NCBI GenBank assembly: GCA_038279365.1
Contig: JAYODI010000128.1
Location: 1 to 10,113 of the forward strand
Source: Candidatus Latescibacterota bacterium
GTDB lineage: Bacteria > Latescibacterota > UBA2968
Length of the DNA: 10,113 bases
Reading direction: 5' to 3'
Shown here piece after piece: positions 1 to 6,959 of this stretch. The notes beneath the pieces were generated by a model. It was not told the DNA's origin. It did not search any database and saw only the letters and a list, made by a program, of their open reading frames with translations. A program made the position numbers and the translations under genes. The first letter of the stretch is position 1. Every line of letters begins with the position of its first letter.

Positions 1-56
1 TTAAATGGACATGCATCTCTTTTTATAAATGCTTCTCTTTACAGATACAAAAACAT

Positions 57-89
57 AAAAAAAACGGATACTTTTTAAAAGTATCCGTT
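57..89 (-). terminator. Rho-independent terminator downstream of the 96-aa ORF
   Basis: Perfect 13-bp inverted repeat AACGGATACTTTT (63-75) / AAAAGTATCCGTT (77-89). The A8 run at 57-64 reads as a U8 tract on the minus strand. It lies 15 nt past the stop at 105. Confidence 0.85.
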
Positions 90-104
90 CACAAACTTTC
101 ATTT

Positions 105-395
105 TTACATATGTCGTAAAATCAACCGCACCAATTCTCTTTTTTCATCTTTGTCTTTTGCGCCACAAATCTCCTCAAACCGGTCTTCAAAATTCCCCAC
201 GTCATTCAATTCTTCATTTCGACTCAGTGCCTGAAATTGATTAAATTCTCGCCCTTCAAGCATTTCAGACACCCGATTGATGGCCGATTTAAATCGTTTT
301 CGATCTTGCAAAAAACGCGTCCCCAAATCTCTGACCATATCACCATAATCCCGCACCTTTTCTTCAGCCGATTCCTTAAGTTTGCTATTGTTCAT
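105..395 (-). CDS. Hypothetical protein, 96 aa, highly charged and probably alpha-helical
   Basis: ATG preceded by GGAGAG RBS (402-407, 6-nt spacer) and followed directly by a terminator. Protein-like E/K/R/D-rich composition. No family recognised. Confidence 0.8.
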   Translation of the reverse strand: MNNSKLKESAEEKVRDYGDMVRDLGTRFLQDRKRFKSAINRVSEMLEGREFNQFQALSRNEELNDVGNFEDRFEEICGAKDKDEKRELVRLILRHM

Positions 396-430
396 CAGAC
401 ACTCTCCAATTGGGTAAATGATGTCCTACC

Positions 431-460
431 AACATACCCCAGCATGGATGCACATTGCCA
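431..460 (-). promoter_or_regulatory. Weak candidate sigma70 promoter for the 96-aa ORF
   Basis: Minus strand TGGCAA (460-455)-N18-TATGTT (436-431) inside the 66-nt intergenic gap. Both boxes are imperfect. Confidence 0.2.
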
Positions 461-461
461 T

Positions 462-1925
462 TCAACGTACATCCATTTTTTCAAACCTGATCTGCGCCGG
501 AATCTTTCCCGCCTGAGGGATCAGATCAGCACCCATAATGGGCCATTTGATATCACCAAAAAAATCTGGCTTTTTTAAAAGATACAAAGAATTGGGAATC
601 TTTTGATCTGAAACTTCGTCATTCCAAATCACCGCATTGTTCACATAATTGCCCTGAACATACGTGCCATTCACAGAACTGTGTATGGCAATCTCCTGTG
701 CCTCATCAAGCAACTCGTTGCCAACCACATTTTGAAAATGCGAGTGATCTCGAATGCGAAAACCATATGCCTCAACCCGATTTCTCAAAAATGTATTCCC
801 CGGCCCAACAGGCCCCCAATAATCACTCACATCAATCTTTTGAACCGTGTTGCTCTCAAAAAGGTTCATAAATGGGAAGTGCCCATGTAAAGAAATATCG
901 CAAGGCACCCACTGTCCTTCAGATTGTGTTTCAATGGAATAATTATATCCAAATACATTACCACAGGCGCCCACCTGAACCAACATCGCATGCCGCAAGT
1001 GCTTAAAAATATTGTTTTCAATTAAACAATCTGTCACGTGCTGGCCCAAATTGACCCCATACCCATGCCCACCCCCACCATAATCATACGAATCAAGAAA
1101 AAAGCTGTCTCTTATTTCACACCGATAAGAAGACGACACACCCACATGGTTGCGGCTGGTAAATGCGCTCTCTACATTGCGAACCCAACAATACGCCGCA
1201 TTGCGCATTGCAATGGTCACTGGGTCACCCTTTGAGCTCAGCTTAATATACAAGTTTTCCACACCGGCTCGCTCAACAAATCCTTGCGTTCTCATTTGCG
1301 GGCGTAATTTTGCTTCAAACGTGACATAAAGTGGTTTATCCAAAACAACAACATTACCCGTCACACGCTTCACTTTCAAAATTTGTCCGACGGAGTCATC
1401 TGCCCAAGATTCATTCCATTTTGGGTCGGTATACATCACCTCGGGATCATTTTCTTGCTGAATTTCTACAAAATCCCCTTCCTTAAAAACACGGCCATCA
1501 GCCACGGTAATTTGGTCTGAACCAAAAACATGTCCATCAACCACATCCACCCATTCACCGCGGTCATATTTTGAAATGTTGATGGCCACACGATCTGTGA
1601 TATCAAACAACAACCGCGTTTTATCTGCACCATCGCCACGCAACACAACGCTTTTACCAATGTTCAATCCGCTTTTAAGCACATAATTCCCTTCAGGTAT
1701 CCACACAGCCCCCTCTTCCACCGCATCAATCGCTTTTTGAATGGCTGATGCATCATCTGCCACCCCATCCCCCACAGCACCATAATCTTTGACATTGGCT
1801 TTTATAACCACATCGGGAATTCCACCTGAAATACCCGCATCCCATTGAATGTGTTGATTCATTTGTGTCACCTCAGCAAAGATAGGACAAACCATCCAAA
1901 TCCATACCCAAACCATCCCAAACAT
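462..1925 (-). CDS. Right-handed parallel beta-helix protein, pectate-lyase superfamily (Pectate_lyase_3/GH28-like N-terminus), probably secreted, 487 aa
   Basis: N-terminal motif NVKDYGAVGDGVADDASAIQKAID...VWIPEGNY...VVLRGDG. Asn-rich beta-helix rungs (CLIENNIF, GNVFGYN, NLFESN, NTFLRN). Short hydrophobic leader ending IFA|E. GAGG RBS 9 nt upstream of ATG. Confidence 0.85.
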   Translation of the reverse strand: MFGMVWVWIWMVCPIFAEVTQMNQHIQWDAGISGGIPDVVIKANVKDYGAVGDGVADDASAIQKAIDAVEEGAVWIPEGNYVLKSGLNIGKSVVLRGDGADKTRLLFDITDRVAINISKYDRGEWVDVVDGHVFGSDQITVADGRVFKEGDFVEIQQENDPEVMYTDPKWNESWADDSVGQILKVKRVTGNVVVLDKPLYVTFEAKLRPQMRTQGFVERAGVENLYIKLSSKGDPVTIAMRNAAYCWVRNVESAFTSRNHVGVSSSYRCEIRDSFFLDSYDYGGGGHGYGVNLGQHVTDCLIENNIFKHLRHAMLVQVGACGNVFGYNYSIETQSEGQWVPCDISLHGHFPFMNLFESNTVQKIDVSDYWGPVGPGNTFLRNRVEAYGFRIRDHSHFQNVVGNELLDEAQEIAIHSSVNGTYVQGNYVNNAVIWNDEVSDQKIPNSLYLLKKPDFFGDIKWPIMGADLIPQAGKIPAQIRFEKMDVR

Positions 1926-1977
1926 AGTATCTGCCTCAATCCATTTTAAAAACGATGTTTATCCATTTATGTGATAT

Positions 1978-2967
1978 TTAGGCACAAACACCATCGTTTT
2001 CCAACCATCGGTTATAATGCGCAATATTCTTTATGGCCAATCGATCACGCGTGTCATACCAACTTTGTGCCCAAACCTCTGCATCGTGCAATTCACTGCT
2101 TGGATGGGACCGACTCCGCGCCACAAACCCCGGAAAGATGTCGCGACCCGTGGGTTGTCCAATCGGATTATAACGAATGTCAAAGCTGATACGTACCTCG
2201 TTGCTCACATTGGGCAATGAAGAATGGCACGTTCGTCTGTGCAAAAACAACACATCACCAGGGTTCATCGGCACGGGCATCGCACGCTCCAAGTCCAACA
2301 TCGGATCGGGCACAGCCAACCCCGAAACCGTTCGGCAATGGTGCAATAACCCCACCTTATGACTGCGCGGAATAATTTTCAAACACCCGTTTTCCAGTGT
2401 GGCACGTGTTAAAGGCCACCACACCGTTAACATATCTGTCTCATCGGCGTCGGGTAAAACCACGCCATTATCTTGGTGCCAAGGCGTCACACCAGCATCA
2501 AAACCACCTTTTGAACCCGTTTTGGGATCCATACGGCTATCTGGTAAAACATCCTGTGGCGGTTTAATCCGAATGTGTTGTACGGGGTTTGAATAAATTT
2601 CTGGACCAATGAGATCCTCCACCACATCTAAGAGTGTTTCATTGCGAAGGGCCTGAAAAACAGCGGGGCCAACCCAAATGGGAGAGGTTTTGGTCGTTCC
2701 GGCCTGTGGCAAAGAACAATCAAAATACTGTGATAAAACAAATCCACTGTCTTTATAACAAGCAATCATTCTTTCATTAAAAGACAGTCCTTCATACATT
2801 GAAGAGATTTTACCCGCATCATACAGTTCGTGTGCCAACCGATCCAGCACCGTTTCATACTCATCAAGAACAGGTTTGATATCTTTTTCAGGATCTAAAA
2901 GATCACGCACCAAAACAAACCCTTCATCCTGAAAATGCTGATATGCAGCTTCCGTCAGGCGATTCAT
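1978..2967 (-). CDS. Phytanoyl-CoA dioxygenase (PhyH) family Fe(II)/2-oxoglutarate dioxygenase, 329 aa
   Basis: F-x-x-x-G-F-V N-terminal motif. HxD facial triad WHQD plus distal His in TCHSS. Family motifs TVWWPL...ENGCLKIIPRSH and PGDVLFLH, and the 2OG-binding Arg in VRISFD. GGAG RBS upstream. Confidence 0.92.
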   Translation of the reverse strand: MNRLTEAAYQHFQDEGFVLVRDLLDPEKDIKPVLDEYETVLDRLAHELYDAGKISSMYEGLSFNERMIACYKDSGFVLSQYFDCSLPQAGTTKTSPIWVGPAVFQALRNETLLDVVEDLIGPEIYSNPVQHIRIKPPQDVLPDSRMDPKTGSKGGFDAGVTPWHQDNGVVLPDADETDMLTVWWPLTRATLENGCLKIIPRSHKVGLLHHCRTVSGLAVPDPMLDLERAMPVPMNPGDVLFLHRRTCHSSLPNVSNEVRISFDIRYNPIGQPTGRDIFPGFVARSRSHPSSELHDAEVWAQSWYDTRDRLAIKNIAHYNRWLENDGVCA

Positions 2968-3053
2968 ATTCTACTCCATTTTCAAATCCAATTGTCTACG
3001 CCAACACCCCAACACCTATAGATAAATCCACCTCATTTATATTTCCCACCGCA

Positions 3054-4085
3054 TCACGGTTTCAAGACCACTTTCATTGTTTGAGATGTCTTCGCCAAAT
3101 TAAAACCTTGTGCATATGACTCAAATGGCAATATGTGAGACACAAAAGGTTGCAAGTCAAATTTCCCAGTATTTAATAATCGCGTCATACGTTGCCAAGT
3201 AGCGTGGGTTCGCCCCATCCGACTGACCAATGTGATTTCTCTGCGCGTCATCGAAAAAAATGGATTAACCCGCAAATCTTCATCAAATGTGCCAATAGTC
3301 ACCACAGTACCACAATTTTTAGCAACCTCAAATGCCAAGTCCAATGCCGATTGTGTTGCGCCAGCTTCCAAGACAAAATCGGCTCCGTGCCCTTGCGACA
3401 ACTCTGCAACCAAATCTACCACCTTCGTTTTTTCTCCCGTCACCACCACACCATCAACCAACTGCTCTGCCAGGTGAAGGCGAAATGGCACCAAATCAGT
3501 CATGACCACACGCAATCCCCAAACCGCCAAAACTTGTGCGGCCATAATACCAATGGGGCCTGCGCCAATCACAACGGCCACATCACCCGGTGCGTGCAAA
3601 AAACCTTCCACTGCATGAACCGCAATTCCAAAATTCTCAAGCATAGCCCCTTGTTCAAATGTCAGATCATCTGGCAATGGACAACACGCACGCATAGGCA
3701 AAACCGCATAATCAGCAAATGCACCTCGTTTTTTGCCATAAATTTCACGGTGAGGACACATGTGATATGCCCCTTTCATACACAAGGCACACACCCCACA
3801 TCCCATAATAGGATCCACCGCAATACGATCACCTGGCTTCAAACCCTTCACACTTGCGCCCACTTCACAAACCACACCCGTAGCCTCATGCCCCAATATT
3901 GTAGGCAATTGAATGGTCTTATCAGAAGCCGCCCAAGCCCCCCAATCATATACTTTCAATTCACCCGTACAAATGGCACATGCCTCCACCTCAAACAACA
4001 CATCATCTTCGTGTTGAATGGTTGGTGCATCCACATCCTTCAACGACAAACCCGGTTCGGGGCGTTCCTTTACCAATGCTTTCAC
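3054..4085 (-). CDS. Zn-dependent medium-chain alcohol dehydrogenase, L-threonine-3-dehydrogenase/sorbitol-DH-like, 343 aa
   Basis: Start moved to GTG at 4085 (MKALVKERPEPGL, typical MDR N-terminus) with GAGGGAAG RBS upstream. Catalytic Zn ligands C(TGE) and GHE. Structural Zn motif CGVCALC-x7-C. Rossmann GAGPIG with acidic residue in MTDL, suggesting NAD preference. Confidence 0.92.
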   Translation of the reverse strand: MKALVKERPEPGLSLKDVDAPTIQHEDDVLFEVEACAICTGELKVYDWGAWAASDKTIQLPTILGHEATGVVCEVGASVKGLKPGDRIAVDPIMGCGVCALCMKGAYHMCPHREIYGKKRGAFADYAVLPMRACCPLPDDLTFEQGAMLENFGIAVHAVEGFLHAPGDVAVVIGAGPIGIMAAQVLAVWGLRVVMTDLVPFRLHLAEQLVDGVVVTGEKTKVVDLVAELSQGHGADFVLEAGATQSALDLAFEVAKNCGTVVTIGTFDEDLRVNPFFSMTRREITLVSRMGRTHATWQRMTRLLNTGKFDLQPFVSHILPFESYAQGFNLAKTSQTMKVVLKP

Positions 4086-4095
4086 TTTTCTTCCC

Positions 4096-4233
4096 TCATA
4101 TGACAATGCCACAAACAATCCCCATGCAAACGCCCCTATTGCCATTTACCGCATTTGCGCACCACAGTTTGCCCATTCCCATTGCCGTCGCTTCATCCCA
4201 AATTTTGTGTGGAAAAACAAGATCAGCAGCCAT
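4096..4233 (-). CDS. Putative small protein, 45 aa (MAADLVFPHKIWDEATAMGMGKLWCANAVNGNRGVCMGIVCGIVI), not in the ORF track
   Basis: AAGAGGG RBS 7 nt upstream of ATG 4233. TATAAT about 40 nt upstream. The TGA stop overlaps the RBS of the dehydrogenase gene. Confidence 0.4.
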   Translation of the reverse strand: MAADLVFPHKIWDEATAMGMGKLWCANAVNGNRGVCMGIVCGIVI

Positions 4234-4270
4234 AAAACAACCCTCTTGGTCAGTCATCTACAAACACACA

Positions 4271-4276
4271 ATTATA
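4271..4276 (-). promoter_or_regulatory. Candidate -10 box of the leftward promoter
   Basis: Consensus TATAAT on the minus strand in the divergent intergenic region. No convincing -35 at 17-nt spacing, so it may be activator-dependent. Confidence 0.35.
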
Positions 4277-4310
4277 TACAATTCCCAACGATTTCATACC
4301 TCGCCATTAT

Positions 4311-4329
4311 GGAGGCTATCCTCCCTTTT
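4311..4329. other. Short hairpin/palindrome in the divergent promoter region
   Basis: GGAGG-CTAT-CCTCC (4311-4324) followed by CTTTT, lying between the two candidate divergent promoters. Confidence 0.3.
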
Positions 4330-4335
4330 CTCATA

Positions 4336-4364
4336 TTGCACTTTTGCCCAAAATCCACTATGAT
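4336..4364 (+). promoter_or_regulatory. sigma70-type promoter for the MlrC-like gene
   Basis: TTGCAC (4336-4341)-N17-TATGAT (4359-4364), 42 nt upstream of ATG 4407. Confidence 0.65.
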
Positions 4365-4406
4365 AACACATCAAAACAAACGATTCATCAACAGAAAGGG
4401 CAACCC

Positions 4407-5891
4407 ATGTCTCGCATCCTCATTGCCGAATGCAAACAAGAAATCTCATCCTTTAACCCTGTTATTTGCACCGATGACAGTTTCACCACCAACACTGGTG
4501 AAGCATTGTTTGCCTATCACAATGGCATCGAAACAGAAATCAGTGGCGCACTCAAGGTTTTTCAAACACGCCCAGACCTCACGCTCATTCCTGCTTATGG
4601 AGCACGTTCCACATCGGCTGGGCCATTGGCACAAGAAAGCTTTGATCGCATTGCCCAGGCCTTCTTAGAAGCAATCAAACAAAATGCTTCCAACATAGAC
4701 GCCTGTTACTTTGCCATGCACGGTGCAATGGGCGCCACCCAAGAACTGGACCCCGAAGGGTATTTGCTCCAAGAAACACGCAAAATCATCGGCCCCAATA
4801 TTCCCATCGTTTTGTCGTTAGACCTGCACGGCATTCTCACAGCACGCATGCTCACCCACAGCAACGGCCTTGCCCTTTATCACACCTACCCCCATGTCGA
4901 TTTTGCCAACACAGGTGAACGTGCCGCCAAATTGCTCTTGCGCATTTTAGATGAACAGGTAAAACCCGTTGTGGCAAGAGTGCGCATCCCCGTATTGGTG
5001 CGTGGCAACGAACTCATCACCGAAACAGGTGTTTTTGGTCAGTCCATTCGTTATGCCCAACAGCTCGAAAAACAAGATGACGTTTTGGCTGCTGGTATGA
5101 TGATTGGCAACCCTTTTACCGATGTGCCAGAACTATGTACCCAATCGGTTGTGGTCACCAACAACAACCCCGAGCTTGCCAAACGCGAGGCCTTACAAAT
5201 GGCCCATGATTTTTGGTCGCGCCGCTCCCAAATGCAACCCCAATTTACAACCATCGAAGAGGCCATTGCCCAAGCAAAAAAACGAAAAGGGCCTTTCATC
5301 TTCACCGATGCCGCCGATGCACCCTCATCTGGTGCACCCGGCGACAGCAATGCCATCCTTGCCGAACTGATCAAACACAATTACCAAGGTCAGGCGCTTG
5401 TGCCCATCGTAGATGCACCCGCCGTTCAAAAAGCTTTTGAAGCAGGTGTAGGTCAATCAATCACCGTTGAACTGGGTGGCACGCTGGATACACGGTTTCC
5501 CCCCGTTCAAATAGACGCAACTGTTGAAATGCTCACTCGAGGTCATTATCTATCCGAATCTTGGGGCAATCTCCAAAACGCAGGCCCCACGGCACTTCTT
5601 AAAAACGACCATTATACCCTTGTCGTTCACAGCCGATCCATTAGCATTGTTGACCGATCCATCTTTTTTGCCCACGGCCAAAACCCAAAACACTTTGATG
5701 TCATTGTGGTCAAATCGCCCCATTGCCAATATCACTTTTTTGACGAATGGGCCGAAGAAAACTTCAACATTGACGTGCCCGGTGCCACAAGCGCCAACCT
5801 CAAAACATTGGGGCATACCATTTGTCAACGTCCCATGTACCCACTTGATGAAGGTGTAACATTTGACCCACAAATTGAGCTTTACACCTGA
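4407..5891 (+). CDS. MlrC-like M81-family metallopeptidase/amidohydrolase, 494 aa
   Basis: Start moved to ATG 4407 (GAAAGGG RBS at 4394-4400; the track's TTG 4344 lies within the promoter spacer). MlrC motifs QEISSF (cf. HETNTF), MHGAM, DPEG, LDLHG, YHTYPHVD, DAADAPSSG and VVKS. No signal peptide. Confidence 0.9.
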   Translation: MSRILIAECKQEISSFNPVICTDDSFTTNTGEALFAYHNGIETEISGALKVFQTRPDLTLIPAYGARSTSAGPLAQESFDRIAQAFLEAIKQNASNIDACYFAMHGAMGATQELDPEGYLLQETRKIIGPNIPIVLSLDLHGILTARMLTHSNGLALYHTYPHVDFANTGERAAKLLLRILDEQVKPVVARVRIPVLVRGNELITETGVFGQSIRYAQQLEKQDDVLAAGMMIGNPFTDVPELCTQSVVVTNNNPELAKREALQMAHDFWSRRSQMQPQFTTIEEAIAQAKKRKGPFIFTDAADAPSSGAPGDSNAILAELIKHNYQGQALVPIVDAPAVQKAFEAGVGQSITVELGGTLDTRFPPVQIDATVEMLTRGHYLSESWGNLQNAGPTALLKNDHYTLVVHSRSISIVDRSIFFAHGQNPKHFDVIVVKSPHCQYHFFDEWAEENFNIDVPGATSANLKTLGHTICQRPMYPLDEGVTFDPQIELYT

Positions 5892-6874
5892 TGAACCTCT
5901 ACATTTCCAAACGTGGCATCTACATGATGGGCCAACAAAACAACACCGCCTCGGCGTAGGGCATGTTCACTGGCTTGAACCTCTTCCCAAGCCCAGGCCT
6001 GGGGTTCAACTTCATCATTTTCCCAAATTTTAAAACTGTACCGTGTCACCCCTGCACCTGTTTCGTGATCAGGCAGCGTTTCACATCGTGCTTTCATCCA
6101 ATAGGTATGACCTTCCACAATGGGATAATCACCGTGATCCATCATCCCATTATGGCCACCGTTATAAAACTGTTTTTGAGGTGGTTTAAGAGAACGCCCC
6201 ATCCACCGCAACCACGCAATGGCACCAAAGGGTTGATACCCCCACTTGGGTTGCCCTGGCGGAAACTTCAACGGCCCGCCAATTACATGCCCACAAAAGC
6301 GCATCAATATGCCCACACCATTGCCACCACTCACCGGCCCAGTTTCTTCATCCACACAATGAATCGTAACTGGAACTGTCACTTCATAATCTTGCCACGT
6401 GGTTTCACCAATCAAAAATACGCGGTCATATCCCGTATGCATTGTGCGAAGGCCCCCACCCATTAGCCCCCAATGCCCATCCACACATTGGCCCACATCT
6501 TGCAGATTTGTCACCTGCGACCAATCAATAAAAACAGGCAAGTTACAATGCCCCGCTTCGCGATAAACCATCACACGTTCAGAAATTTCATTTCCCGCCA
6601 CATCTCGTGCCGTGATCACGATCTCATTCTTCCCATCATCCAAACAGGCAATGGGTATATCCACATTAAAATGCCCGTTACGTGCCAACCGACGCGTGTC
6701 TCCACACCCCAGCGCATGGCGCCCAATTGTTAATGGCACTGGCAAACCACGGCCAACCACATATGACAAGGCAACAACATCCTCAGAAACAGAGCCCAAC
6801 ACATTAAAATCGTCTTGAGCCAGCCCCAAATGACCTATGCGTTGCGTTTCCCCATGCCAAATATCAATTTGCAT
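5882..6874 (-). CDS. Uncharacterised all-beta protein, about 330 aa: N-terminal Ig-like module plus C-terminal ConA-like (DUF1080-like) beta-sandwich
   Basis: Probable ATG 6874 with GAGGGG RBS (the track starts at TTG 6952). Ig-like strand pattern LDDGKNEIVITARDVAGN. WQDYEVTV, GVGILMRF and terminal GGVVLLAHHVDATFGNVEV resemble ConA/DUF1080 hallmarks. Coding status is strong, the fold call is tentative. Confidence 0.7.
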   Translation of the reverse strand: MQIDIWHGETQRIGHLGLAQDDFNVLGSVSEDVVALSYVVGRGLPVPLTIGRHALGCGDTRRLARNGHFNVDIPIACLDDGKNEIVITARDVAGNEISERVMVYREAGHCNLPVFIDWSQVTNLQDVGQCVDGHWGLMGGGLRTMHTGYDRVFLIGETTWQDYEVTVPVTIHCVDEETGPVSGGNGVGILMRFCGHVIGGPLKFPPGQPKWGYQPFGAIAWLRWMGRSLKPPQKQFYNGGHNGMMDHGDYPIVEGHTYWMKARCETLPDHETGAGVTRYSFKIWENDEVEPQAWAWEEVQASEHALRRGGVVLLAHHVDATFGNVEVHQV

Positions 6875-6890
6875 CGCCCCTCGCTGCCCC

Positions 6891-6919
6891 AAATTAATTG
6901 TTGGTGGCGCATTGGTCAA
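6891..6919 (-). promoter_or_regulatory. Candidate internal sigma70 promoter upstream of the 330-aa gene
   Basis: Minus strand TTGACC (6919-6914)-N17-TAATTT (6896-6891) in the 85-nt gap after the sulfatase stop. Confidence 0.35.
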
Positions 6920-6959
6920 AAAAATGAGAGATGCCGTCATACAAAAATCCAATCAAACA

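Noticed and set aside
1888..1922. CAAACCATCC repeated 21 nt apart, with similar units nearby
   Set aside because: Explained by the low-complexity Trp/Val/Met signal-peptide coding sequence. Too short and imperfect for a contingency repeat.
3192..4103. 303-aa plus-strand ORF
   Set aside because: Fully antisense to the well-supported dehydrogenase. His/Thr/Gln-rich shadow composition and no recognisable motifs.
4086..4145. Hydrophobic N-terminal extension of the dehydrogenase (possible signal or TM segment)
   Set aside because: MDR homology begins at GTG 4085, which has its own RBS. ATG 4145 has no convincing RBS.
3980..4668. 127-aa and 216-aa plus-strand ORFs crossing the divergent region
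   Set aside because: They overlap real genes and the promoter region, lack a clear RBS and have no family motifs.
4407..5891. Microcystin degradation (mlr) cluster
   Set aside because: Only an MlrC-family gene is present, and the family is widespread without mlrA/B/D.
6918..6940. Possible terminator after the sulfatase (ATGA...TCAT plus U-run on the minus strand)
   Set aside because: The stem is only about 4 bp and AT-rich, too weak to call.
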